Shown here: piece by piece, positions 9,601 through 19,106 of the stretch
Position numbering within the stretch: the first letter of the stretch is position 1
Layout of the letters: every line of letters starts with the position of its first letter
Assembly: GCA_040755995.1 (NCBI GenBank)
Contig: JBFMAF010000040.1
Span: forward strand, 93,556 to 157,555
Reading direction: 5' to 3'
Origin: Acidobacteriota bacterium
GTDB taxonomy: Bacteria > Acidobacteriota > CAIWXX01
Length of the DNA: 64,000 bases
Position numbers and translations under genes: made by a program
The notes under the pieces: generated by a model
The model's database searches: none
Told to the model about the DNA's origin: nothing
The model's input: the letters and a program-made list of their open reading frames with translations, nothing else

Positions 9601-10413
9601 ATGAGTGAGAAGACCATGGTAGATCATGCATACCGCCGATTCGGAACTAAGCTCGCATGGCTCGTCTGTGCCGGGCTCTCGCTCGCGGCTGACTGCGCCG
9701 GCTCGGAGGACGCGCGTGAAATCCTGATCGAGACCGAAAACCGCCATCGCACGCGCACGCAGGAGTATTCCGGCGATCTCACGGTCGTATCGCGACAGGG
9801 AAAGGAGCGCCACAAGGCGTGGAAGAGCTATCGCGACGGCTACGCCGGCGATTCGAAGCAGCTGATTCGGTTCCTGGCGCCCCCGGAAGTGCGGGGAGTC
9901 GGATTTCTGTCGGTCGGCACTGCGGGAAAGAACCCCGATCAGTGGCTCTACCTGCCGTCGATGAAACGGGAACGCCGTATCGCTACACAGGACCGCGAGT
10001 CGTCTTTCGTCGGGACTGATTTCAACTTCGAGGACATGGAAGAGTTCGACCAATCGCGATACGAGCCGCGGCTCACAGGCGACCAGGTGGTGGATGGGCA
10101 GCAGTGCCACATCATCGAGGCGTTTCCGAAGGAGAAGTCAGTCTATGCGAAGAAGGTCCTGGCGATCCGGAAGGACGTTCTCTTTCTCGTGCGCATGGAG
10201 TGCTTCAAGAAGGACGAGAAGGACCCGTGCAAGCGGCTTGTGCTGTCCGACATCCAGCAGGTCGACGGGCACTGGGTAGCGCGCAAGCTGGAGATGTCCG
10301 ATCTGCTCAAGGGGAGCCGTACCACCGTAGTCCTCAAAGAGATCGCCTTTGACCGGCCTCAGCCGCGCGACCGCTTCACGCTCCAAAACCTCAACCGCGA
10401 GGAAGGCGACTAG
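9601..10413 (+). CDS. Outer-membrane lipoprotein-sorting protein (LolA-like)
   Basis: LIRFLAPPEVRGVGFL, DQWLYLPS, SFVGTDFNFEDM; signal-like N-terminus; GGAGG RBS. Confidence 0.85.
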   Translation: MSEKTMVDHAYRRFGTKLAWLVCAGLSLAADCAGSEDAREILIETENRHRTRTQEYSGDLTVVSRQGKERHKAWKSYRDGYAGDSKQLIRFLAPPEVRGVGFLSVGTAGKNPDQWLYLPSMKRERRIATQDRESSFVGTDFNFEDMEEFDQSRYEPRLTGDQVVDGQQCHIIEAFPKEKSVYAKKVLAIRKDVLFLVRMECFKKDEKDPCKRLVLSDIQQVDGHWVARKLEMSDLLKGSRTTVVLKEIAFDRPQPRDRFTLQNLNREEGD

Positions 10414-10414
10414 C

Positions 10415-10590
10415 GGAGACGGGGAGAACCGGAGAATCGGGGAAACGGAGACTCGGGGATACGGAGAATCGGAGAAACGGGCAGCATCGGAGGATGGGAG
10501 AGACGGGGAGACGGAGACGCGGTGACGCTGGGACGCGGAGAAAGGGAGCGCCGGAGAATCGCGGGGATGGAGATCGGAGAGAATGGGAGG
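10415..10590. repeat. Degenerate ~8-bp purine-rich tandem repeat (CGGAGAAN-like)
   Basis: cggagacg gggagaac cggagaat cggggaaa cggagact... fills the intergenic gap. Confidence 0.8.
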
Positions 10591-10624
10591 CCGCCGAATA
10601 GGAGAACCTAAGGGAAGAAATGCG

Positions 10625-11905
10625 GTGACAAGTAGGCGGCCTTCTCCCTTTCACCTTTCCCCTCTTGCCTTTCGCCTTTCCACTTTTCCCCTTGCCCTCT
10701 TGCCTTTCCTCTTTTCACTTCTTCTCTGCGGCGGCGCGCAGGGTTTCACCGGCTACGTCGAGACCAAGGCTCTTTCCTTTTTCGAGAAGACCACCGGCGC
10801 AGATGACTGGGTCACGGGGTGGGGGGTCGTGTTTCTGAAGGAAGAGGGGAGGGTCGGCCGGTCTGGATTCGTGGCGTCTGGGCGAGCCGAGGGCATCACG
10901 TCGAGCTACCAGGGGCCGATCGTCTTCGATCCCGCTGATCGCGGCGCGGCGCGGCCTCCGCTATCCATCCGCGAGCTATACGTAAGGCTGCGGCTCGCCG
11001 ATTCAGTCGACCTGCAGCTCGGCCGGTTCGAGCTCGGATGGGGAAAGACCGACGGATACTCCCCGGCCGATGCGTTCTTGCCGCGCGATCAGACCGATCC
11101 ATTCGCAGACGAGAAGCTTCCGCTCTGGGGCGCGCGTCTCCAGGGCCAACGTGGCACTCTGCGCTACGAACTGCTCGCCACCTTCGTCACCACACCCTGG
11201 CGGCTGCCGTCGATGGAAGGGCGGTACTCGCCGTTTTCCGAGCAGGGGTACTTTCTTCTTCCTGCGGACAACGACCCTCCGGTACGCGGGTTCGAGGCAA
11301 TCCGTCTCATGAAGACATGGGGTCCATGGGACGGCGGCGTCTGGGCACGAACGGGCATCCGGCCGGCTCCTCTCCTCACGCCCCACCTGGATCAGGCCGA
11401 GTATCGCCCGGACGGCGTGTTCGTCCCGGTTGATCGTCGCTTCGCGGATGAGCACGCCGCGGGGATCGAGCTGTCCAGAGTCGCCGGCGCGTACGTGCTG
11501 CGCGGCGAGATCGGCGCATCGTTCTCGGACGATCCGGATCTGGGCGACGCCTTGATCTGGGCGATCGGATGCGAGCGGGCCGTTGGCGACGGGAGCATGA
11601 TGATCACAGTGTGCGGGAACGCACTCGACCCGCCGGTCGATCCGCTGCTGCTGTTCGATCGAGCCATGCTCCCGGCCGTCATCGTCGCCTTCTACCAGAA
11701 TCCGCCGTGGGGCTACTGGAAAGTCGTGTGGACGACACAGCTGCGTGAGACCAGCGACCTGCTCAAGGCGGAGCTGGACTACAATCTCACCGACGTCTGG
11801 AAGCTGACCGTGGGACTCGACCTGCCGTACGGGTCCACCGACGGAGCCTTCGGCGCCGTGTCCGACGGACGCCGAGTGCGGGCCGGTCTGCGCCGGAGCT
11901 GGTGA
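10625..11905 (+). CDS. Putative outer-membrane beta-barrel protein (DUF1302-like)
   Basis: IRELYV..DLQLGRFELGWGKTDGYSPAD; amphipathic strands; C-terminal W; start uncertain (10583 or GTG 10625). Confidence 0.75.
   Translation: MTSRRPSPFHLSPLAFRLSTFPLALLPFLFSLLLCGGAQGFTGYVETKALSFFEKTTGADDWVTGWGVVFLKEEGRVGRSGFVASGRAEGITSSYQGPIVFDPADRGAARPPLSIRELYVRLRLADSVDLQLGRFELGWGKTDGYSPADAFLPRDQTDPFADEKLPLWGARLQGQRGTLRYELLATFVTTPWRLPSMEGRYSPFSEQGYFLLPADNDPPVRGFEAIRLMKTWGPWDGGVWARTGIRPAPLLTPHLDQAEYRPDGVFVPVDRRFADEHAAGIELSRVAGAYVLRGEIGASFSDDPDLGDALIWAIGCERAVGDGSMMITVCGNALDPPVDPLLLFDRAMLPAVIVAFYQNPPWGYWKVVWTTQLRETSDLLKAELDYNLTDVWKLTVGLDLPYGSTDGAFGAVSDGRRVRAGLRRSW
10640..10725. repeat. Degenerate ~7-bp pyrimidine-rich tandem repeat (CCTTTCN-like)
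   Basis: cctttca cctttcc cctcttg cctttcg cctttcc... inside the 5' end of the barrel ORF. Confidence 0.7.
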
Positions 11906-11928
11906 CGAGGGAAGACGCGGAGAAGCGC

Positions 11929-11970
11929 AGAACCGGGAACCGAGAACCGGGAACCTGGAACCTGGAACCT
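11929..11970. repeat. 7-bp tandem repeat GAACC(G/T)G, about 6 copies
   Basis: accggga accgaga accggga acctgga acctgga acct between convergent stop codons. Confidence 0.8.
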
Positions 11971-14005
11971 AGTATCGCACCACCTTCAGTGCCGCATCGG
12001 TCGCCTGGAGCAGCGGTTTCACGGAGATCTCGGTTCCCACCGCGTTCTTCATCCACACCTGCGGGAGGACGTTGCCGGCCGAGCACATCCGTTCCATTTC
12101 GGGTCCGATCGGCTTGTAGCGCAGGTAGTCCTCGAGCTGGAATTGGATCAGGTGGCCGAGCGGGTAGCTCGGCAGGTAGAGCGCGTAGTCGATCATGTGC
12201 GAGTAGATGGCGAGGATGTCCTGGTCGCGCACTCCGAAGACGGGCGCGTAGTAGCTGTTCCAAACCTCCTTCGCGGCGGAGATCACGGCCTGCTTCAACT
12301 CCGCGGGACCCGCTTCGGGATGGTCGTACATCCAGTGCCAGACCTTCATGTCTACGAGGGCCACGCCCATGATCTCGTAGGCATTCCAGAAGGTGTCGAG
12401 AGTCTGGAGCTCTCTATTGTTCGGGATCTCCTGCTTGACCCCCAGAATCTCCAGGTCCCGCTCCTGGAACACGAAAGCGAAGGCCTCGGTGAAGGCGGTG
12501 TTCGGGACGCCGGTTAGCGAGAGGTAGTCCACCTTGTGCAACGAAAGCGTCTGCTCGACGGTGTGTCCGAGCTCGTGCATCGCGATGTTGTAGCCCTTGT
12601 AGTTCATGCCTCCGGCCGGCACGCGCGTTCGCAAGCGCGACTTGAACCTCCGCATCGGGGCCCCCGCCGCGTGCCCCGAGCCTCTCGCCGGATCCACTTG
12701 GATCTTCGGGGCGATGAAGGCGGCGCTCTCCTCCGAGAAGCCCAGCTTGACCAGAATGTTTGGTATATCCTCTTCGAACGCCTCGATCGTCGGGTACTTC
12801 TTCGCCACGGCCTTGTCCAGCTGCTCTTCGGGTATTCCAGCCGAACCCTTGAAACCCGGATACCAGATGTCGAACGGCTGCAGCTTGCGTCCGAGCCTCT
12901 TCCTGATGAGGTCGGCCACAGGCCGGACCTGCCTCGATGAGAGAAGCTCCACAAACATAGCCTCGACGTCCTTCTCTGGAATCTCGCTGCCCGCTTGAAA
13001 GACCCTGGCAATATGATTTGGATACATCGGGTCGTAAGGATCGTACATCCTCATCGCCTCGTACACGCTGTTGAACGTCGCGTAGCGCGTTTCGGGCTCG
13101 GGCGGTCCTTCTACCGGCTTGCCGTTCTCATATACCCGGTTGGCGAAGGGATCCCACTGGTACTTGGAGCTGTTCACGACCTTCTCGGGGATCTCCTGCT
13201 GGATGATTCTCTCCATGACCTTCTGGATCATCTGCTGCTTGTAGAATCCTTCCGGATCCGCGTATCGTGCTTTGAGCTCATCCCTTATTCCCCAATGAGA
13301 GATCAGTTTCATGTCCGCAGGGAAGTAGGTTTTCATCTTGCCGTCGACGAGCGAGCCCATGCAGATGTTGTAGTCCGATACATACGCGTGAGCCTTCGTC
13401 ATGATAGCACTGGCCTTCTGGCTCACATCAGCCGGGATTCGCGACGTTATCTGCGCACCCATTCGTGCGTATGCCCACTGCCTGCGGTCCCAAGAGGGGC
13501 AGCTCATCGACATCTCGTCCAGCGAGTACCTCGGGAAGTTCAGGACGACAAAGAACGCCACCTTGCTCCGGAAGAGGTCATCCGACAGGTGGGCTGCCGG
13601 ATTCAGGCTTGCCATGGCCATGTCGATCGGCATGATCTCGCCCCAGTCCAGGTCGAGATACAGGTGCAGGTCGCGGCGCATCTCCCCAAAATACCCGCCG
13701 ATGACTTCGCTGTAGAACTCGATCCGCTTGAAGTTCGCGTCCAGCGACGCGTTGTCTCCGATGAAGTACTGCTGGCACAGGGCCGCGAATTCATCCTTCG
13801 TGCCGTCCGCCGCATTCCACAGGTCGGCCGCTCGATCCACCCCACGCTCGATGCGAAACCTCTGCGCCTCCCCGAACCTCTTCAGCAGCTCTTCCTTTAT
13901 CCTGGCCCGGGTTTCCTTGTCGATCCACGGAGCCGCCTCTTCGGATTGCGCGGGGATGGTCGCTGCGAGCAGAACGCCCATGGCGAGCAGTGCGAATAGT
14001 CTCAC
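11969..14005 (-). CDS. Secreted gluzincin-type zinc metallopeptidase (M3/M32-like fold)
   Basis: AGGAGG RBS, GTG start, signal peptide; HELGH plus downstream PNTAFTEAFAF glutamate. Confidence 0.75.
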   Translation of the reverse strand: MRLFALLAMGVLLAATIPAQSEEAAPWIDKETRARIKEELLKRFGEAQRFRIERGVDRAADLWNAADGTKDEFAALCQQYFIGDNASLDANFKRIEFYSEVIGGYFGEMRRDLHLYLDLDWGEIMPIDMAMASLNPAAHLSDDLFRSKVAFFVVLNFPRYSLDEMSMSCPSWDRRQWAYARMGAQITSRIPADVSQKASAIMTKAHAYVSDYNICMGSLVDGKMKTYFPADMKLISHWGIRDELKARYADPEGFYKQQMIQKVMERIIQQEIPEKVVNSSKYQWDPFANRVYENGKPVEGPPEPETRYATFNSVYEAMRMYDPYDPMYPNHIARVFQAGSEIPEKDVEAMFVELLSSRQVRPVADLIRKRLGRKLQPFDIWYPGFKGSAGIPEEQLDKAVAKKYPTIEAFEEDIPNILVKLGFSEESAAFIAPKIQVDPARGSGHAAGAPMRRFKSRLRTRVPAGGMNYKGYNIAMHELGHTVEQTLSLHKVDYLSLTGVPNTAFTEAFAFVFQERDLEILGVKQEIPNNRELQTLDTFWNAYEIMGVALVDMKVWHWMYDHPEAGPAELKQAVISAAKEVWNSYYAPVFGVRDQDILAIYSHMIDYALYLPSYPLGHLIQFQLEDYLRYKPIGPEMERMCSAGNVLPQVWMKNAVGTEISVKPLLQATDAALKVVRY

Positions 14006-14226
14006 GTGAGTTCCTCCTGGTTGCACGGAACGGATGAGCCGGTGGCGAGGCCGTTCTGCGGGCCGGCTCGGCCGGATACGCCCATCACCACCACCACCGG
14101 CGCGGAATCCAGCGTCGAACCTCCCTCTTCGGGCCGCATCAATTCTAATACGTATCACGGGACTCTCGAGTTCACGTGCGAGCCACCGCCGGGGACCTCC
14201 ACCGAAGCGGCTCGGCGCGCACACGC

Positions 14227-14985
14227 CTACTCGCTTGGCGCCTGCCTGATCTCTTCCAGCAGATAGTCGACGAGGCGATCGAGGTAGGCCAGGCCCTTGT
14301 CGGCCGAGGCTTTCGCCGGATCTCCGAGGACGCCGTTCTCGGTGAGACTCGTCATACCCTTCTGCATGAGCAAATCCACCTGCTCCGGCCCCAGCGGCCC
14401 CACATATCCTGCGGCCAATCTGTCCTGCGCCACCAGGTCCTCGGCCAGCGCCAAGAGGATGGATGTCTCGCTCTCACCTGCATGCGCACCCGAGTCCTCG
14501 GCGGAGATGCCGAACTCACCCGATGCGCGCGCCAGCACGCCGAAGACAGCCATGAGGTCAGTACACCCGGTGATGTGCAGATGAGGGAACATGGGTCGCA
14601 GCCGCTCGATCGTCTTCTTCACCGTGAAGAAGTTGCCGCCATGACTCGGCAGCAGAACAACGCGCTTGAACCCGTGCTTCGAAAGGCTCCGCGCGTAGTC
14701 CTCGATGATCATGCCGAGAGTCTCCGCGCGCAGCGAAATGGTGCCCGGAAAGGCCAGATGATGGTCCGAGCATCCCAGCGCGATCGTGCGCGCCTGCAGC
14801 GCGTCGCCGAGCCTGGATGCCACTCTGTAAGCCAATGCTTCGCCTATGAGCGTGTCGGTGCTCGTCGGCAGATGAGGCCCGTGCTGCTCGGTAGAGCCGA
14901 TTCCTACTACTACCGTAGTAAATCCATCGTCCACAGCCCGCCGGATGTCCGGCCAGTTCATGTCCTCCATGCGGATCGTTCTCAA
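14227..14985 (-). CDS. Creatininase-family amidohydrolase
   Basis: GSTEQHGPHLP..D, SDHHLAFPGTISL, HGGN, HAGESETS, NGVLGDP; TTG start after GGAGG. Confidence 0.9.
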   Translation of the reverse strand: MRTIRMEDMNWPDIRRAVDDGFTTVVVGIGSTEQHGPHLPTSTDTLIGEALAYRVASRLGDALQARTIALGCSDHHLAFPGTISLRAETLGMIIEDYARSLSKHGFKRVVLLPSHGGNFFTVKKTIERLRPMFPHLHITGCTDLMAVFGVLARASGEFGISAEDSGAHAGESETSILLALAEDLVAQDRLAAGYVGPLGPEQVDLLMQKGMTSLTENGVLGDPAKASADKGLAYLDRLVDYLLEEIRQAPSE

Positions 14986-15026
14986 GGCCTGCCCTCCATA
15001 TTGGATGCACCCGCCGCCCACGGCTG

Positions 15027-16178
15027 CTACGTCTCGACCACGACTCTCGGCACGTTCGGATTGATCCGGGTCACGATCTCATAGTTGATTGTGCCGGCCA
15101 GCGACGCGAGATAGTCCGCCGTGATCCGCTCGGTCCCGTCACGGCCGATCAGAGTGACCTCGTCCTCGATTCCCGCGCCCCGGATGTCAGTGATGTCGGC
15201 CATGAGGAAGTCCATGGCCACGCGCCCACGCAGTGCCGCCCGCCTGCCGCGTATGAGCACGTAGGAGGCGTTCGACAGAGATCGCGCATAGCCGTCGTAG
15301 TAGCCGACAGGGACGACCGCCAGCCGGCTGTCGCGTGTGGTCTTGTACGTGCAGCCGTACCCGACAAGCGAGTCCTTCGGGACGTGCTTGATCTGCGCAA
15401 TCCGCGTCTTCCAGGCAAGGACCGGCTCGAGCCGCAGCGGCTCGCGCTTCTGCATGAGGCAAGAAAGATAGGTCTCCTTCGACGGCCACAGCCCATACAG
15501 CCCGATCCCGACGCGCACCATGTCGTGGTAGGTCTGGGGGAACAGGATAGTGGATGCCGTGCACGACATGTGCTTGATCGGAATGCTGATGCGGTTCGCC
15601 CGCAACAGCCGATTGACCGACTTGAAAAGCCCGAGCTGAAGCTGCGGGTAGAAGTGGTCCGTCGTGTCCTCGATATTCGCGAAATGCGATGAGAGCCCCT
15701 CGAGAATCAGCTCGCGGTGCCTCTTGATCCGGCGGATGAACTGCAGCAGCTTCTGCGATGCCACCCCCTGGCGATGCGTCCCAGTCTCCACCTTGATGTG
15801 CACTCGTGCCTGCCGGCCGAGCTTGCGGCAGCGCGCGGCGAGCCGTTCCACGGTCTCGTCGTTGTATACGATGAGCCTCAGATCGTGTCCGACGACCTCG
15901 TCGAGCTCGCGCAGTCCGACATACCCTAGGATGAGAATGGGCGCACGGACTCCGGAACGCCTGAGGTGTATACCCTCCTCCGCCGAGTTCACGCCCAGCC
16001 ACTCGGCGCCTGCTTCCAGCGCGATTCTCGAAACCTCGATACTCCCATGACCGTATGCATTGGCCTTGACTACCGCCATGAGCTTGCACTTTGCACCGAC
16101 CAGCCGGCGAAACTGCGTGATGTTGTGCGCCATCGCCGGGCGGCGGATCTCGACCCACTGGAGATGTTTGTGATTCAC
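15027..16178 (-). CDS. alr: Alanine racemase
   Basis: AVVKANAYGHG PLP lysine, VGYYDG, GRVAMD, TINYEI. Confidence 0.95.
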   Translation of the reverse strand: MNHKHLQWVEIRRPAMAHNITQFRRLVGAKCKLMAVVKANAYGHGSIEVSRIALEAGAEWLGVNSAEEGIHLRRSGVRAPILILGYVGLRELDEVVGHDLRLIVYNDETVERLAARCRKLGRQARVHIKVETGTHRQGVASQKLLQFIRRIKRHRELILEGLSSHFANIEDTTDHFYPQLQLGLFKSVNRLLRANRISIPIKHMSCTASTILFPQTYHDMVRVGIGLYGLWPSKETYLSCLMQKREPLRLEPVLAWKTRIAQIKHVPKDSLVGYGCTYKTTRDSRLAVVPVGYYDGYARSLSNASYVLIRGRRAALRGRVAMDFLMADITDIRGAGIEDEVTLIGRDGTERITADYLASLAGTINYEIVTRINPNVPRVVVET

Positions 16179-16502
16179 CGGCTGCCCATCCGCGGGTGGA
16201 GGCCCGCTATCTCAGCCGAACCCACCACACTCGACGCAAACACAGGCGGAGCATATGAGTGGCGGCCGGGCGTGTCAAGCCATGTGGGGCCACACCATTC
16301 CAGGTCATCCTTCTTGCACTCCTGAACCCGGACGTCGACGTGAACGTGAACGGGTCATTCTCTCTTGCACTGTTCTCGTTCGCGTCCACAATCGCGAAGA
16401 ACAGCCAACACGGCGCCGAATTGTCAGTCGACTTATAGACAACATAGACCGACGCTTAGTCCATCGTTCAGAATCAAGATGCCCAGGTGCGATCAATTAT
16501 TC

Positions 16503-16531
16503 TTGACTTATGAGGCGACTTATCGGATAAT
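16503..16531 (+). promoter_or_regulatory. Sigma70-type promoter, probably leaderless, for the rrf2 operon
   Basis: TTGACT-17 nt-GATAAT ending 6 nt before ATG 16538; no SD. Confidence 0.7.
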
Positions 16532-16537
16532 CTTGGC

Positions 16538-16969
16538 ATGAGGATTAGCCTGAAGGCTGAGTACGCCGTGAGGGCGCTGCTGGACCTGGCGCTTCATGCG
16601 CCGCGGAACATGGGCAGTCGTTCCGCGGAGGTGGCGCGGAGAACGGGGGTTCCGGGGAAGTTCCTGGACGCCATTCTCCGCGATCTGCGGAAGGCCGGCC
16701 TGGTGTCGAGCAGGCGGGGAAGGGACGGCGGTCACTGGCTGGCTCGCGACCCTTCGCGGCTCACGGTCAGAGCCATCCTCGAAGCGATAGACGGTCCGCT
16801 GTCGGCGGGATTCGCGAGGGAGCACAGAGGCTCGGCCTCCAGCGACGTCTGCCTGCAGGACCTATGGGGACGAGTCGTGCAGGCGGTCGAGGCCGTTGTG
16901 GACGATGTGACCCTTGACGATCTGCGTCGACAGGCCGGCAATCACGATCCATTGGACTTCACAATCTGA
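16538..16969 (+). CDS. Rrf2-family regulator (CymR-like)
   Basis: EYAVRALLDLA, FLDAILRDLRKAGLVSSRRG..GG; only one Cys; C-terminus LDFTI. Confidence 0.9.
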   Translation: MRISLKAEYAVRALLDLALHAPRNMGSRSAEVARRTGVPGKFLDAILRDLRKAGLVSSRRGRDGGHWLARDPSRLTVRAILEAIDGPLSAGFAREHRGSASSDVCLQDLWGRVVQAVEAVVDDVTLDDLRRQAGNHDPLDFTI

Positions 16970-16981
16970 AAGGAGTCGGTC

Positions 16982-17953
16982 ATGAGCAAGATATTCGACG
17001 ACAACAGCTTCAGCATCGGCAACACTCCGCTGGTGCGATTGAACCGCATAACCCGCGGGCTCGACTGCGTCATCGCGGCGAAGATCGAGGGCAGGAATCC
17101 GGCCTACTCCGTCAAGTGCCGGATCGGCGCCTCGATGATCTGGGCAGCCGAGCGCGATGGGAGCCTGCAACCCGGATCGAGTGAGAGGGTGGTCATCGAG
17201 CCCACAAGCGGCAACACCGGCATCGCTCTCGCCTACGTTTGCGCCGCGCGCGGCTACCCGTTGCTTCTGACGATGCCGGAGACGATGTCGATCGAGCGCC
17301 GTCGCATGCTCCGCGCCTTCGGTGCCGACCTCATCTTGACCGAGGGCGCGAAGGGGATGCCGGGCGCCATCGCCAAGGCGGAGTCGATTGTGGCGGGCGA
17401 TCCCAAGCGGTACTTCATGCCCCAGCAGTTCAAGAATCCTGCGAATCCCGAGATTCACTTCAAGACGACCGGGCCCGAGATTTGGAACGATACGGACGGA
17501 AAGGTCGACATCTTCGTCTCGGGTATCGGCACGGGAGGCACCATCACCGGAGCCGGCCGCTACTTGAGGTACGAGAAGAAGCGGCCGGTGCGGCTCGTCG
17601 CCGTCGAACCGGTCGCCTCGCCGGTGCTCACGGCGATCCGCAAAGGCGAGCCGCCGAAGCCCGGACCGCACAAGATCCAGGGCATTGGCGCGGGCTTCAA
17701 GCCCGACGTGCTCGACCTCGACCTCGTCGACGACATCGAGACGGTATCGAACGAGGAATCGGTGGACATGGCGAAGCGCCTGCATCGGGAGGAAGGCATC
17801 ACGTGCGGCATATCCTCGGGAGCCGCCGCGGCCGTCGCCCTCCGCGTGGCTGGGCGTCCCGAGAGCAAGGGCAAGCTCATCGTGACAGTGCTGCCCGACG
17901 CCGGCGAGCGCTATCTATCGAGTATACTGTTCGAGGACGTACCTGCTCAGTGA
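16982..17953 (+). CDS. cysK: Cysteine synthase A
   Basis: [41 protein letters not shown]. Confidence 0.96.
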   Translation: MSKIFDDNSFSIGNTPLVRLNRITRGLDCVIAAKIEGRNPAYSVKCRIGASMIWAAERDGSLQPGSSERVVIEPTSGNTGIALAYVCAARGYPLLLTMPETMSIERRRMLRAFGADLILTEGAKGMPGAIAKAESIVAGDPKRYFMPQQFKNPANPEIHFKTTGPEIWNDTDGKVDIFVSGIGTGGTITGAGRYLRYEKKRPVRLVAVEPVASPVLTAIRKGEPPKPGPHKIQGIGAGFKPDVLDLDLVDDIETVSNEESVDMAKRLHREEGITCGISSGAAAAVALRVAGRPESKGKLIVTVLPDAGERYLSSILFEDVPAQ

Positions 17954-19101
17954 TGAATCGGATCTACCTCGACCACAACGCGACGACCCGGCCGCATCCT
18001 GCGGTGATCCAGGAGATGGTTGACTGCCTTAGGGACGCGTATGGCAATCCGTCGAGCATCCATGGGTTCGGACAGGATGCCCGGCGAGTCCTCGATCGGG
18101 CACGCCAGCGGGTGGCTGCGTCGGTTGGCGCGGAGCCTGAAGAGGTCGTCTTCACGAGCGGCGGCACCGAGGCCGACAACCACGCGCTCCTCGCCGGTGC
18201 ACAGTCGCGGTCTTCGCGCGGGAGGCACATCGTCACTTCCGCCATCGAGCACGAGGCGGTGCTCAACACCTGCCGGCACCTGGAGAAGGAAGGTTATGAG
18301 GTGACATACCTGCCGGTGGATGGCGACGGCCTGATCGATCCCGCGGCGGTCGCGGCCGAGCTGAGGGCCGATACGATCCTCGTTTCCGTCATGCTCGCCA
18401 ACAACGACGTCGGCACGATCCAGCCGGTGAAGGAAGTCGCCGCCCTGGCCCGCGAACGCGAGATCCTCGCCCACAGCGACGCCGTTCAAGCGCTCGGCAA
18501 GATCCCCGTCAACGTCCGTGAGCTTGGCGTGGACCTCATGTCGATCTCGGCGCACAAGCTGTACGGACCGAAAGGAGCCGGAGCGCTTTTCGTGAGACGC
18601 GGCGCGTCGCTCCCGGCGCTTCTCCACGGAGGGCACCACGAGCGGCAGCGGCGCGCGGGAACCGAGAACGTTCCCGCGATAGCCGGGTTCGGCAAGGCAT
18701 GCGAGATCGCCCGCGAGCACTGGTACGAACGTAACGAGCGCTCACGCCGCCTTCGCGACAGGCTCGAGCGCGGCATCCTCGGCGCCGTCGCAGGGACTCG
18801 GCTCAACGGACACGCCGCCAGGCGCCTTCCCAACACGCTCAACGTCAGCTTCGACGGACTCGATGGAGAGACGCTGCTTCTGAATCTCGATCTGCTGGGC
18901 ATCGCCGTCTCCACCGGCGCCGCCTGCAGCTCCGAAAGCCGCGCTCCTTCGCACGTCCTGCTGGCCATGGGAAGGAGCCCCGAAGAAGCGCGCTGCGCGC
19001 TGCGCTTCTCGGTCGGTGAGGAGAACGACGAGGAGCAGATCGATGAGGCGATTGAGGCCGTGAGGCGCGTCGTCGCGAGCATCCGGCCGGGCGAGAGGTA
19101 G
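17953..19101 (+). CDS. iscS: Cysteine desulfurase (IscS/NifS family)
   Basis: IYLDHNATT, YGNPSS.H, SAHKLYGPKG, RAGTEN, STGAACSS; ATG overlaps the cysK stop. Confidence 0.93.
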   Translation: MNRIYLDHNATTRPHPAVIQEMVDCLRDAYGNPSSIHGFGQDARRVLDRARQRVAASVGAEPEEVVFTSGGTEADNHALLAGAQSRSSRGRHIVTSAIEHEAVLNTCRHLEKEGYEVTYLPVDGDGLIDPAAVAAELRADTILVSVMLANNDVGTIQPVKEVAALAREREILAHSDAVQALGKIPVNVRELGVDLMSISAHKLYGPKGAGALFVRRGASLPALLHGGHHERQRRAGTENVPAIAGFGKACEIAREHWYERNERSRRLRDRLERGILGAVAGTRLNGHAARRLPNTLNVSFDGLDGETLLLNLDLLGIAVSTGAACSSESRAPSHVLLAMGRSPEEARCALRFSVGEENDEEQIDEAIEAVRRVVASIRPGER

Positions 19102-19106
19102 CGGGC

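Noticed and set aside
10415..10590. Purine-rich repeat as CRISPR or coding sequence (ORF 10391..10654)
   Set aside because: Degenerate 8-mer low-complexity array; the translation is a repeat artefact
14227..14985. Creatininase as mycofactocin MftE or a RiPP marker
   Set aside because: No precursor, MftB or MftC-type radical SAM nearby; the radical SAM in the window is AmrS type
17239..17952. 620-aa ORF suggesting an N-terminally extended cysteine desulfurase
   Set aside because: The extension is an alternate frame of cysK; the real start is ATG 17953
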